Source: Chromatiales bacterium (GTDB lineage Bacteria; Pseudomonadota; Gammaproteobacteria; Steroidobacterales; BM003). Taken from it: a stretch of DNA of 49,560 bases. How positions within the stretch are numbered: the stretch's first letter is position 1; each line of letters opens with the position of its first letter. The notes beneath the pieces are model-generated. The model made no database searches. It was given only the letters and a program-made list of their open reading frames with translations, and was not told the origin of the DNA. Where the stretch lies: contig JAOTSW010000001.1 of assembly GCA_029864735.1 (NCBI GenBank), positions 1 to 49,560 of the forward strand, in the 5' to 3' direction. This document shows positions 8,088 through 17,511 of the stretch, piece by piece. The position numbers were made by a program, and so were the translations under genes.

Positions 8088-9650
8088 ATGAGAGTTTTTG
8101 AGAAACTTGGTCTGGCTTTGATTTGCCTGCCGACGTCACTTGCGCTCGCCCATTACACCCTTCCCGAGGATATCTTGTTCGGCACCATGGGCTTTCAGCA
8201 GCAGGCAGTGGCTGCCGGGCAACTCAGGGTTGAAGACTTGACTGCCGCCTACCTGGATCGCATCAAGGAGATTGATCGGGCGGGCCCGAGGATCAATGCC
8301 ATGCTTGCCATCGCACCGGATGCCATGGACCAGGCGCGCAAAGTGGATGCGGCCAAAGACGCGTTGCCGTTACGGGGCGCCATCCTGGTAGTAAAGGACA
8401 ACATTGATATGGCGGGGGGGCTGCCAACCACCGCCGGGTCCCGGGCGCTGGCGAACAACCTGGTCACCAACGATGCGCCTGTCCTGTCCCGCCTGCGCAA
8501 GGCCGGTGCGGTGATGCTGGGTAAGACTAACCTGAGTGAGTGGGCGAACTTTCGTTCCACCCGGTCCATCAGTGGCTGGAGTTCGGTGGGAGGGCAGACG
8601 GTAAACCCCCACGTGCTCAACCGCTCGGCATGCGGATCCAGTTCGGGCTCGGGCGCCGCCGTGGCAGCGGGCCTGGCAAGTGCAGCGCTGGGTACGGAAA
8701 CTGATGGCTCGGTGACCTGTCCGGCCGCGGTCAACGGCATTGTGGGGTTTAAGCCCACTGTCGGACTGGTCAGTCGTAGCGGTATCGTCCCGATTTCTGC
8801 CAGCCAGGATACCGCCGGTCCAATGACCCGCAGCGTCCGCGATGCCGCCTTGCTGATGTCGGTGATGGCAGGAAGGGACGAAACAGACGCTGCCACCCGG
8901 GCCATACCAGCGGACTTTGATTTTGATTTCCCGGGCCAGTTGTCTGTTAAGGCCCTGGAAGGCAAACGCCTGGGGGTCATCTCCGGATACGTGAGCAGTC
9001 CGGCAATGGAGAAAACATTCGCCCGGGCGAGGCAGGTGCTGGAGGCGGCAGGTGCCGTCATCGTCGAGGTGGAACTTCCCAATGAAAATGACCTGGGTGA
9101 TGACGAGTACCTGGTCTTGCTGGTTGAGTTCAAGGCTGGACTGAATGCTTACCTGGAATCTCACCAGCGCCCGGGCCAGGTGCGTAGCCTGGAGGAATTG
9201 ATTGCATTTAACGAGGCAAATGCCGAGTCGGTCATGCCAAGGTTTGGACAGGAGATTTTCATCCTGGCCCAGGAGCAGGCGGGACTTGATGATGCCGACT
9301 ACCTTGCGGCGCGGGAACGTTCCCAGCGGCTGGCGGGTCCCGAGGGGATCGACGCGGTCATGCCTGAGCATCAACTGGATGCGTTGATTGCACCAACCTG
9401 GGATCCCTCGTGGATTATTGATCCGGTAAATGGGGACATGGGTAATGGTGGCCCGGGTGGAGCACCGGCGGTGGCCGGGTATCCCCACCTGACGGTACCC
9501 ATGGGCATGATCAGCGGTCTGCCGGTGGGTTTGTCCTTTATCGGAGGCCGATTTCAGGATGGGAAAATACTTGCCCTGGGTTACGCTTACGAGATCCGAA
9601 GCCATGAGGCGCAAAGGCCGGCCTACTTGCCGGAAGTGCCGTATCGCTAG
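8088..9650 (+). CDS. Exported amidase (amidase-signature family), 520 aa
   Basis: Amidase-signature motifs are present: KDNIDMAG, GSSSGSGAAVAAGLA and GTETDGS. The N-terminus resembles a signal peptide (MRVFEKLGLALICLPTSLALA). Confidence 0.9.
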   Translation: MRVFEKLGLALICLPTSLALAHYTLPEDILFGTMGFQQQAVAAGQLRVEDLTAAYLDRIKEIDRAGPRINAMLAIAPDAMDQARKVDAAKDALPLRGAILVVKDNIDMAGGLPTTAGSRALANNLVTNDAPVLSRLRKAGAVMLGKTNLSEWANFRSTRSISGWSSVGGQTVNPHVLNRSACGSSSGSGAAVAAGLASAALGTETDGSVTCPAAVNGIVGFKPTVGLVSRSGIVPISASQDTAGPMTRSVRDAALLMSVMAGRDETDAATRAIPADFDFDFPGQLSVKALEGKRLGVISGYVSSPAMEKTFARARQVLEAAGAVIVEVELPNENDLGDDEYLVLLVEFKAGLNAYLESHQRPGQVRSLEELIAFNEANAESVMPRFGQEIFILAQEQAGLDDADYLAARERSQRLAGPEGIDAVMPEHQLDALIAPTWDPSWIIDPVNGDMGNGGPGGAPAVAGYPHLTVPMGMISGLPVGLSFIGGRFQDGKILALGYAYEIRSHEAQRPAYLPEVPYR

Positions 9651-9740
9651 TGTTCCGGGGTCGACACACGTTTGCCGATTTGTTCCTAAGATCCGCTGCC
9701 GTGGGCCGGACTTTTACGGGGCCCGCCATATCCTTGTTAC

Positions 9741-11777
9741 ATGGAAACATCAATGAATAGATATCGTCTATTGAGTCTTGTCCTGGTATTCCTGCTGGCG
9801 GGATGCCAGAAAGCGCCCCAGGATAGCGCGCAAGTCGCAGACCTGGTCTTGAATAATGGCTATGTCTACACGGTGGATGGAGCGCGGCGGGTTGCCCAGG
9901 CCCTGGCGGTCAAGGATAAGCGCATCATCGCCGTTGGCAGTGATGATGCAATTTCAAAATTCATTGGCGATGAAACCAGGATTTACGATTTGCAGGGCCG
10001 GATGGTAATGCCGGGCCTGCACGACGCCCATATCCATACATTGGGAATTATTCAGCCCGATATTTGTGACATTCGCAGCCAGGCCATGACCCTGGATGAG
10101 ATGGTGCCTTTCCTGCAAGACTGTCTGGACCGTTTTCCTCTGCCGGAAGGGCAGTGGATGGCGGTGCCGCAGTGGAATTTCACCAAGGGTAACCAGCCTA
10201 GTGAAACCTACCCGACGTTGCGCGCTGCGCTGGACGCGGTATCCAGTGAACATCCGATTATTCTCTACGGAAATGATGGCCACCATGGCGCGGTGAATTC
10301 GCTGGCCTTGTCCCTCGCTACCGATTCTTCGGGCAAGCAGACAGGGCTAAATGCCGGCACCCTTGAAGGGGTGTTCGCGGACTACGCCCAGTTGGTGGCG
10401 GTGGATGCACAGGGTGAACCTACCGGCGGAGTCAACGAGGGCGCCAGGGAACTGATGCGTCCTCCGTCGGTATTCGATGTGATGCTGGGTGCCGGCGATA
10501 GCATACCCAGGTCGTTCATGGTGAAAGTCGCCGAGAAACTTGCTGCCAATGGAATCACATCGGTGCAGGACGCCGCGCTCAAACCCGATTCGCTGGCCGC
10601 GTTTGCCGACCTGGAGCGCAGCGGGAAAATGACCTTCCGACTCAGCGCTGCCTTGTTCGAGCAGCCGGAGAATTCGCAAAGCGAAGAGGGCCTCGCGCGC
10701 ATCCCGGAATTCGTAGAGAAGTTCTCCCGGGCCCGGGAGAAATATTCGGGTGACGAACTGATCACGCTGCAGACAGTGAAACTGTTCGTTGATGGAGTCA
10801 TCGAGGGAGATCCCCTGGCAACACCGCCGACCCTGCCCAACGCAGCGGTGCTCAGTGACTACAAGCAACCCCGGTTCAGGGTGGATGCCAAGAACCAGCG
10901 ACTGGATTTTCTGGGCTATGTGGATACCAATAGCGAATTGTGTCGTTCCGTTCGTAGCTCGGATAAATATCGCGGTCACGAAGCCTCCAGTTCCTTCAAC
11001 CTGGAGCACGGCTTTTTCCCCAGCCAGTGTCGGACCAACAATGGCGTGCTGGAACACAGCGAGGCGTTTATTCACAGCTTCGTGAGACAGATGACCGAGG
11101 CGGGTTTCAGCGTCCATGCACATGCTATCGGCGACCGGGCAGTCAGGGTCGCTCTTGATGCATTTGCCGAGAACAAGGAAGCTGTTGATCGAGCGGGGCT
11201 TACCCAGAGCATTGCTCATGCACAGCTGGTGCATCCGGATGACCAGAAGCGCCTGGGTGACCTGGGTATTTATATGGCCATGACTTTCGCCTGGGTCCTG
11301 CCTGACCCGGAGTACGACATTTCGGTCATTCCTTTCCTTGAGCAGGTCGGTTCCGTCAGCGAAATGTATGACCCGAATTTGTATTACATGCAAAACGTGT
11401 ATCCGGCCAGGAGCGTGGTCGCTGGCGGGGGATTTGTAGTGGCAGGTAGCGATGCCCCGGTTGATACCCGCGAGCCCAGGCCTTTTGTGAACCTGCAGCA
11501 GGCGGTTACCCGCTCGGCAGACGGGATGGCCTATAACGCTTCGGAGCAGTTGAGTATTGAACAGGCAATCGATGCGTTCACGATCAACGCGGCGCGAATG
11601 TTGAAACAGTCGGACAAGGTCGGTTCCATAGAGGTCGGCAAGTTGGCGGACCTGGTGGTCCTGGATCAAAACCTGGTGGAACTGGTCGAACAGGAACAGG
11701 CGGATCATATTGCCGCTACCCAGGTCTTGATGACGGTGTTTAATGGCCGCGTAGTGTATGAATCACCGGAACTTTGA
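9741..11777 (+). CDS. Amidohydrolase-family (Amidohydro_3 type) metal-dependent hydrolase, lipoprotein
   Basis: A lipobox (LLAGC) follows the signal sequence. Metal-ligand motifs are present (PGLHDAHIH..., HAHAIGD, AGSDAP). The alternative start at ATG 9753 (MNRYRLL...) is equally plausible. Confidence 0.85.
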   Translation: METSMNRYRLLSLVLVFLLAGCQKAPQDSAQVADLVLNNGYVYTVDGARRVAQALAVKDKRIIAVGSDDAISKFIGDETRIYDLQGRMVMPGLHDAHIHTLGIIQPDICDIRSQAMTLDEMVPFLQDCLDRFPLPEGQWMAVPQWNFTKGNQPSETYPTLRAALDAVSSEHPIILYGNDGHHGAVNSLALSLATDSSGKQTGLNAGTLEGVFADYAQLVAVDAQGEPTGGVNEGARELMRPPSVFDVMLGAGDSIPRSFMVKVAEKLAANGITSVQDAALKPDSLAAFADLERSGKMTFRLSAALFEQPENSQSEEGLARIPEFVEKFSRAREKYSGDELITLQTVKLFVDGVIEGDPLATPPTLPNAAVLSDYKQPRFRVDAKNQRLDFLGYVDTNSELCRSVRSSDKYRGHEASSSFNLEHGFFPSQCRTNNGVLEHSEAFIHSFVRQMTEAGFSVHAHAIGDRAVRVALDAFAENKEAVDRAGLTQSIAHAQLVHPDDQKRLGDLGIYMAMTFAWVLPDPEYDISVIPFLEQVGSVSEMYDPNLYYMQNVYPARSVVAGGGFVVAGSDAPVDTREPRPFVNLQQAVTRSADGMAYNASEQLSIEQAIDAFTINAARMLKQSDKVGSIEVGKLADLVVLDQNLVELVEQEQADHIAATQVLMTVFNGRVVYESPEL

Positions 11778-11801
11778 AACAGGCTCGTAGAGAGAGACCG
11801 T

Positions 11802-12836
11802 ATGCCCAGTACCCTGGAGTTGGATGCCGCCGCACCGTCAGCGCGCCTGGACGAGCAGCGCCTGCATCTGATTGATGTCGGACCCCTGTTCGAAATCGCG
11901 GGGGGTGAGCTTGGCAAGGAGACCCGTGCCGCGGTGATTGCAAAGATTCGCAAGGCTTGCCGCGAGACGGGGTTTTTCTACATACACAACACCTGCATTT
12001 CAGACGATTTGATCGGCGCCACGCTGGAGCAGATGCATCGCTTTTTCAGTCTTGACGATAGTGATCCCGCCAAGCGGTGTGCGCTGAACGCCCTGTCTGC
12101 CGGCGGGACCGGTTGGGGGCCGATGTTTGAAGAACCCGCCTATCAACCGGCCACCGTGGCGCACCTTGAGTCCTTTGACATGAGTCCGCCCATGAGTTGG
12201 ATTGGCGATGAGGATGTTGCTGCGAGCCTGGGTATCTACCCAAACCTCTGGCCGGCACTGCCAGGATTCAGAGCCGTCGCCGAGACTTACTACCTTGCCG
12301 CACGGGAACTAAGCGAGGCCTTGTTTGAGGCCCTGGCCGAGGCCATGGGCCTGACGCAGGGATTTTTCCGCAACAGGGCGACTCGCAATGCGCCCAGCAC
12401 CATGCGGTTTCTTAACTACCCCGGCTCCGCTGTCCCCTCGGACCGCTCCAATGTGGGGATTGCCGCCCACACTGACTTCGAATGCTTTACCTTGATGTAC
12501 CAGACCGCGCCAGGCCTGGAATTGACCGACATCAATGGCAAATGGTGGGATGCGCCTGCGAATGTAGGGCAGTTCACCGTTATCCTTGGGGACATGATGG
12601 AACGCCTGACCAACGGCGAGTTCCCGGCCACCGGACATCGAGTGGGAATTACCCCCTGGCAGCGTTATTCCATTATCCTGTTTAATGCGCTTGATGGCGA
12701 TTGCGAGGTGGTTCCCCTGCCAGGATTTGCCAGCGAGGAACGTCCGCCACGTTACGCGGCGACAACCCAAAGCCGTCATATTGAAGAGGAACTTAAGCGC
12801 GCCGAAGAATTCCGGGAGTCGGAAAGGATTTCTTGA
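11802..12836 (+). CDS. 2-oxoglutarate/Fe(II)-dependent oxygenase (isopenicillin-N-synthase-like family)
   Basis: The N-terminal DIOX_N-like region contains GFFYIHN. The HxD...H facial triad is in AAHTDFECFTLMYQ and ATGHRV. Confidence 0.85.
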   Translation: MPSTLELDAAAPSARLDEQRLHLIDVGPLFEIAGGELGKETRAAVIAKIRKACRETGFFYIHNTCISDDLIGATLEQMHRFFSLDDSDPAKRCALNALSAGGTGWGPMFEEPAYQPATVAHLESFDMSPPMSWIGDEDVAASLGIYPNLWPALPGFRAVAETYYLAARELSEALFEALAEAMGLTQGFFRNRATRNAPSTMRFLNYPGSAVPSDRSNVGIAAHTDFECFTLMYQTAPGLELTDINGKWWDAPANVGQFTVILGDMMERLTNGEFPATGHRVGITPWQRYSIILFNALDGDCEVVPLPGFASEERPPRYAATTQSRHIEEELKRAEEFRESERIS

Positions 12837-12852
12837 GTCGGAGGACTGTGTA

Positions 12853-13335
12853 ATGAGAACTGCAGAACGAATGGCTGCCATACTGCTGGCGGGCCTGTTC
12901 AGCGTGGCCTTGACCGGTTGTGCCTCAAGCAAGGATAGCGATGTACAGAGCGGCGAAAAGGCCTGGTCCGCAGGGGGTAATTGCTTTTTTGCCCGAAGCG
13001 TCAGGAATTTTGAGGCCCTGAGCGACAGCGTGTTGATTATCTGGTCGCCCAGCCAGCGTTGCCCCTACAAGGTCGAAGTGGTGAGTTTTTGCCAGGGCTT
13101 GAAGACCACTAACGCCATCGCCTTTAACACCCAGGGAAGTATCTGTGGTCGGGCATCCGAGAGATTGCTGATTCGCGACATGGGTACAGACCGGTCATGC
13201 CGAATAGGCACGGTGAGGCGACTCAGTGCCCAGGAACTGGACGACCTGAGAGCCGAGTATGGCAAGCCGCCTATGGATAAAGACCCGGATAACACCACGC
13301 CTGATTGCACCGGGACGCAAAAATCCGGAGAGTGA
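12853..13335 (+). CDS. Hypothetical lipoprotein, 160 aa
   Basis: The start was trimmed to ATG 12853 (MRTAERMAAILLAGLFSVALTGC), which gives a signal peptide plus lipobox. Several Cys are conserved-looking. The function is unknown. Confidence 0.7.
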   Translation: MRTAERMAAILLAGLFSVALTGCASSKDSDVQSGEKAWSAGGNCFFARSVRNFEALSDSVLIIWSPSQRCPYKVEVVSFCQGLKTTNAIAFNTQGSICGRASERLLIRDMGTDRSCRIGTVRRLSAQELDDLRAEYGKPPMDKDPDNTTPDCTGTQKSGE

Positions 13336-13413
13336 GACTCAACGCCAGAGGCGTGGAGGAGTATAGACCGCAGGCGGGGCCTCGCGGGGAGACGCACCGG
13401 GAACGGAGAACTC

Positions 13414-14406
13414 ATGAATCGAACTGAGCGCTTTTATCGCATCCAGAAACTGCTTTCACAACGACGGGTTGTGCCCCGCGAGGTGTTTCTTGAGGACATG
13501 GAGATTTCTCCTGCCACGTTCAAACGCGACCTGGAGTACCTGAGGGACCGCATGTCCATGCCCTTGATCTGGGACAGGGAAAAGGGCGGGTACAGGCTGG
13601 ATGAGAGTGATCCGGCTCATGCAACCTTCCAATTGCCGGGGCTGTGGTTCAGCTCCGAGGAGATTTATGCACTCCTGACCATGGAGACCTTGCTGGAGAC
13701 GCTTCAGCCCGGGCTCCTGGGCGCCCAGGTCAAGCCGCTGCGGAACAGAATTCGACAGATTCTGGCCGAGGGAGATCGGTCGCCGGACGACCTTGCCAGG
13801 CATATCCGTGTTCTCAGCCAGGGTGCCCGCCCGGTTGAGCCAAAACATTTCCAGACCTGCGCCACGGCATTGTTGTCGCGTCGCCGGCTTCGCATTGCCC
13901 ACCACAGGCGCCAGGAAGGCGAGACCCTGGAGCGGGATGTGTCTCCCCAGCGGATGGTGCATTACCGGGATAACTGGTACCTGGATTGCTGGTGCCACCT
14001 CAGAAAGTCCCTGAGAACGTTTTCGGTGGACGCGATCGAGTCAGCCATGGTGCTGAACAAGCCAGCCACCGATATCAAGGATGAGACCCTGGACCAGGTG
14101 CTGGGAGCGGGCTTCGGGATATTCTCTGGCGCTGAAACCCAAACAGCTGTGCTGCGCTTTAATCCCAGGCGGGCCAGGTGGGTGTCACGTGAACAATGGC
14201 ATCCGAACCAGGAGGGCGCTGTTGAACTGGACGGTTACTTTGTCTTGAAGGTGCCGTACAGCGATGCCCGCGAATTGTCCATGGACATTATGAAGTACGG
14301 GCCGGACGTGGAAGTGTTGGGTCCCCAGGCGCTGCGTCAACAGGTGGCGGACTTGCTGGGTAAGGCCGCGGCACTGTATGAAGCAGGTGCCGAACAAGGG
14401 CAATAA
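13414..14406 (+). CDS. WYL-domain transcriptional regulator (wHTH-WYL-C-terminal extension), 330 aa
   Basis: The N-terminus is a DeoR/HTH_11-like wHTH (ERFYRIQKLLSQRRVVPREVFLEDMEISPATFKRDLEYL). The central WYL signature is RRLRIAHHRRQ...PQRMVHYRDNWYLDCWCH...RTFSVDAI. Confidence 0.85.
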   Translation: MNRTERFYRIQKLLSQRRVVPREVFLEDMEISPATFKRDLEYLRDRMSMPLIWDREKGGYRLDESDPAHATFQLPGLWFSSEEIYALLTMETLLETLQPGLLGAQVKPLRNRIRQILAEGDRSPDDLARHIRVLSQGARPVEPKHFQTCATALLSRRRLRIAHHRRQEGETLERDVSPQRMVHYRDNWYLDCWCHLRKSLRTFSVDAIESAMVLNKPATDIKDETLDQVLGAGFGIFSGAETQTAVLRFNPRRARWVSREQWHPNQEGAVELDGYFVLKVPYSDARELSMDIMKYGPDVEVLGPQALRQQVADLLGKAAALYEAGAEQGQ

Positions 14407-14432
14407 CGCAGGGTTGAATTCCCAGCCTGCAG

Positions 14433-14478
14433 AAAAGAAAAAGGCCGGGTCGATTTCTCGGCCCGGCCTTGATTTTTT
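14433..14478. terminator. Bidirectional rho-independent terminator between convergent genes
   Basis: A 9-bp stem pairs AAGGCCGGG (14441-14449) with CCCGGCCTT (14462-14470). AAAAGAAA lies upstream and a T-run (14473-14478) downstream. It lies between the WYL regulator stop and the TonB-receptor stop. Confidence 0.8.
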
Positions 14479-14493
14479 CAGTTCGACTTCAGA

Positions 14494-16794
14494 TTAGAAG
14501 CTGTAATCGAAATTCACACCAAACACACGACCGCGTGAAGGCCATACCAGGGTGTTCACCAGGCCGTAGCCATAGGTGTTGTCACGATCGGCATTTTCCC
14601 AGCCGCGCTCGTAGAACAGCTCGTCGGCCACGTTCTCGATGTAAGCGGTGGCAGTCCAGGCCTTACCTGAATCGTAGCCTACACGCAGGTTGACTACGTT
14701 GTAGCTATCCACGGCAGTGCTTTCAAAGTTATCAGCACCTGAGTACTTCTTGCCTTCGTACTGGTGTTCCAGGGTGACGGTCATTTCACGGCTGTCGACC
14801 AGCGGGAAATGGTAGGTGGCGATGGCTGCCGAGGTAAAGCCTGGATCAAACCACAGCTTGTTACCGGTGCAGTCATCGCAGCCGCCGTCATCTATAAACT
14901 GCTGGCTTACGTTCTTGATTTCGCTATCGCTGATAGCCACGCCCCAGTACAGTTCGAAGTTCTCCATGGGGTACCAGCGGGTATCGATCTCCATGCCCTG
15001 GCCAATGGCGTTGGCCACGTTGGCCACCTGGCTGGAACCATCGGCGAAGTAGACCATCTGCAGATCATCGTAATCATAGCGATACAGCGAAATGTTGCTC
15101 TGCAGGGTGCGGTCGGATGAGCGGTACTTCATACCCACTTCGGTGCTGACCACTGTCTCGGGATCAAATGTCTTGAGCGTGGTTTCCGGATCAGCAACGT
15201 AGTCCTCATCCTCATCAACCAGGTTGAAGCCGAAGGTGGCGAAGCCGCCTGACTTGTAACCCTTGGAGATGTTGCCGTAGAAGGTCAGGTTGTCGCTGAA
15301 CGCATAGGTTGCAGCAAGACGCGGGGTGAAGTCGCTCCAGTCTTGGGTGTCAGAGATAAAACCGTCGGTTTCGAATTCGAAACCGAAGTTGTTACCCAGG
15401 ACGCCGCCGGAGTAGGGCACGTTGTTCTCGAAGAACTTCTCGTCATAGGTGTAACGGCCACCCAGGGTAATATCCAGTTTCTCGGATGCTGCATAGGTCA
15501 GGTCAGCGTAGATTGCATAGCCCTTGAATTCACCGTTTGCGTAGTTGTACTCGTACTTGTTGTCCAGGCCGCCTTCCAGGTCAGCAATGTCAGCTTCCCA
15601 GTACTCGGCGAACTCGGGTGTGGCACAACCCACGAACGGACCACTGAAATCATCAGCATCGGTCTGACCAATCCGGGTGCACAAGTCGTCTTCGGTGTAG
15701 ATCGAAGCAAATGTGCCGTCGATGCTTTCCTTGTAAAAGCTGGCGCCCACGAACCAGAAGATATCGCCGTCAGAGGCGGAGTTCAGACGGAATTCCTGGC
15801 TGAAGTAGTCCACATCGTTATCCTGCAGGTAGTCGTCAGCCTGCAATACCGTGGCATCGTAATCTTCCAGGTAATGATATTCGAAGGTCTTGTACCCGGT
15901 GATAGAGGTCAGGGTCTGGCCGTTTGCCAGGTCCGCCTCGGCCTCCAGCGTGAAGCGCAGAATCTTGCCTTCATCAACGCTGCCGTCGCTCAGGTCAGTG
16001 GTGACCTTGTCCTTGGGCAGATCGGGGTTCGAGGTGTCCCAGTACACCGAACCGGTGCCGCTACGATCTTCGTAGAACACGGTTGCAGTGGTATCCCACA
16101 TGTCGCCGGTGTAGCGAAGGGCTGCACGCACGGCACTGCGGTCGTGACCGCCCAGTTTCTTGCCGTCGTACAAGTTTTCCAGGTAGCCATCGTCTTCAAA
16201 GTGATGGCCAGAGGCGCGGAACGCCCACTTGTCATTCAGAGGAATATTGATCGTGCCGGTTATGTCGATGTGGTTGTATTCTTCCAGGCCGAGGCTGAGG
16301 TTGCCCCCAAACTCGTCGTTGGGCTTGTTGGTCCGCATGCTGACAGCGCCAGCAATGGCGTTACGACCGAAAAGAGTACCCTGGGGGCCCTTGACCACTT
16401 CAGCGCTCGCCATGTCGAAGAATGAGGAAATGGCACCACCGGTGCGGCCCTCGTACACGCCGTCCATGAAGATGCCCACAGACGGATCACCACCGATGCC
16501 GAAATCATTGGTGCTGATGCCACGAATAGACAGAGCGTCATTGAAGCTGTCTTCGGTACGGCCAGAGAAGCCGGGCGTCACGTCGGTAAGACCACGCACG
16601 TCCTCAATATTCGCTTTTTTCATCATGTCCCCGCTGAATGCGGAGACTGCAATGGGCACATCCTGAAGGCTCTGTTCTCTCTTCTGTGCGGTTACCACCA
16701 CTTCTTCGATGGTCTGCTCAGCCATGGCTGCGCCGCTGATCGATGTCAGTGCGACTGCAGTAAAGCCGGCCAGCCATTTAGATTGCTGCGACAT
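14494..16794 (-). CDS. TonB-dependent outer-membrane receptor, 766 aa
   Basis: The plug region (IEEVVVTAQKREQSLQDVPIAVSAF) is followed by a long beta-barrel ending in a C-terminal Phe. The start was trimmed to ATG 16794 (MSQQSKWLAGFTAVALTSISGAAMA), which has a GGGGGA SD about 10 nt upstream. Confidence 0.9.
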   Translation of the reverse strand: MSQQSKWLAGFTAVALTSISGAAMAEQTIEEVVVTAQKREQSLQDVPIAVSAFSGDMMKKANIEDVRGLTDVTPGFSGRTEDSFNDALSIRGISTNDFGIGGDPSVGIFMDGVYEGRTGGAISSFFDMASAEVVKGPQGTLFGRNAIAGAVSMRTNKPNDEFGGNLSLGLEEYNHIDITGTINIPLNDKWAFRASGHHFEDDGYLENLYDGKKLGGHDRSAVRAALRYTGDMWDTTATVFYEDRSGTGSVYWDTSNPDLPKDKVTTDLSDGSVDEGKILRFTLEAEADLANGQTLTSITGYKTFEYHYLEDYDATVLQADDYLQDNDVDYFSQEFRLNSASDGDIFWFVGASFYKESIDGTFASIYTEDDLCTRIGQTDADDFSGPFVGCATPEFAEYWEADIADLEGGLDNKYEYNYANGEFKGYAIYADLTYAASEKLDITLGGRYTYDEKFFENNVPYSGGVLGNNFGFEFETDGFISDTQDWSDFTPRLAATYAFSDNLTFYGNISKGYKSGGFATFGFNLVDEDEDYVADPETTLKTFDPETVVSTEVGMKYRSSDRTLQSNISLYRYDYDDLQMVYFADGSSQVANVANAIGQGMEIDTRWYPMENFELYWGVAISDSEIKNVSQQFIDDGGCDDCTGNKLWFDPGFTSAAIATYHFPLVDSREMTVTLEHQYEGKKYSGADNFESTAVDSYNVVNLRVGYDSGKAWTATAYIENVADELFYERGWENADRDNTYGYGLVNTLVWPSRGRVFGVNFDYSF

Positions 16795-17124
16795 TTGGAA
16801 ATTCCCCCTAAATTCGCCGACATCCAACATGGTGCCGATCGTTGTTACGTGAAACAGCTGAAACTTGGCGTTCGCAACCCTGGTGGGGCGAAAACCCTCC
16901 CGACCGTGACAAATCACGAAGTCGGCCTTATCAAACCGCGTCCTGTTGAATAATACCAAACGATTCGCTTCGGGAAACCCCTATATTCATCAGCGGTGAT
17001 CCGGACAAGGACTAGACGGGGTATAGGTTAGAGCTGTTATGGGTATATTTTGCGCCCCGGGACTTTGTTGAATATATTGGACGCCCGGTGAACCCTGGGG
17101 GCATCAAAGGTAGAATATTTGGCT

Positions 17125-17511
17125 ATGGATCCCTTTTACTGTTGGAAATGTGGCAAACAATTGCTTGATGAGCCCCTCCCCCTGGCTCGCCTTGCAGAGT
17201 GCCCCGGCTGTGGTTCGCAGTTGCATGTTTGCAGGATGTGCGAGTTTTTCGATACAGGGGTTGCCGACGCATGCAAAGAACCGGTTGCCGACCGGGTAAT
17301 AGACAAGGAACGCGCAAATTTCTGTGGCTATCTGCGAGTTTCCTCCCGGGAATGGGTGGCACAAGATACCTCCATGGCTGACCAGGCGAAAAAGGATCTG
17401 GACGCTTTGTTCGGTGCTCAGTCGAATTCCGAAGCCACGCCCGCCTCCGCGGAGAGCGCCGAACTGGACGAATTGAATCGCCTTTTTGGTGACGGTCCGA
17501 GGGAGAACTAA
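17125..17511 (+). CDS. Zinc-ribbon domain protein of unknown function, 128 aa
   Basis: CxxC pairs (CWKCG, CPGCG, CRMC) and further Cys are followed by an acidic low-complexity tail. The ATG at 17125 is preferred over the TTG at 17119. Its stop overlaps the stop of the convergent MFS gene. Confidence 0.65.
   Translation: MDPFYCWKCGKQLLDEPLPLARLAECPGCGSQLHVCRMCEFFDTGVADACKEPVADRVIDKERANFCGYLRVSSREWVAQDTSMADQAKKDLDALFGAQSNSEATPASAESAELDELNRLFGDGPREN

Noticed and set aside
8370-9614. A 414-aa minus-strand ORF, and a 294-aa ORF at 8249-9133, both antisense to the amidase gene.
   Set aside because: The translations are low-complexity and rich in Arg, Gly and Pro, with no recognisable motifs. The ORFs lie fully inside a well-supported plus-strand gene. 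This is the typical shadow-ORF pattern of GC-rich DNA.
10347-11708. A 453-aa minus-strand ORF antisense to the amidohydrolase gene.
   Set aside because: It is a shadow ORF with no domain signature, and the opposite strand encodes a clear Amidohydro_3 protein.
15343-16425. A 360-aa plus-strand ORF antisense to the TonB-dependent receptor.
   Set aside because: It is a shadow ORF with a Val/Gly-rich, repetitive translation, and the receptor on the minus strand is unambiguous.
16795-17124. A riboswitch (cobalamin or TPP) or Fur box in the 330-nt region upstream of the TonB-dependent receptor, including the AT palindrome AATATATT at 17071-17078.
   Set aside because: There is no B12-box or TPP CUGAGA/ACCUGA element. 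The AT palindrome matches the Fur consensus GATAATGATAATCATTATC poorly.
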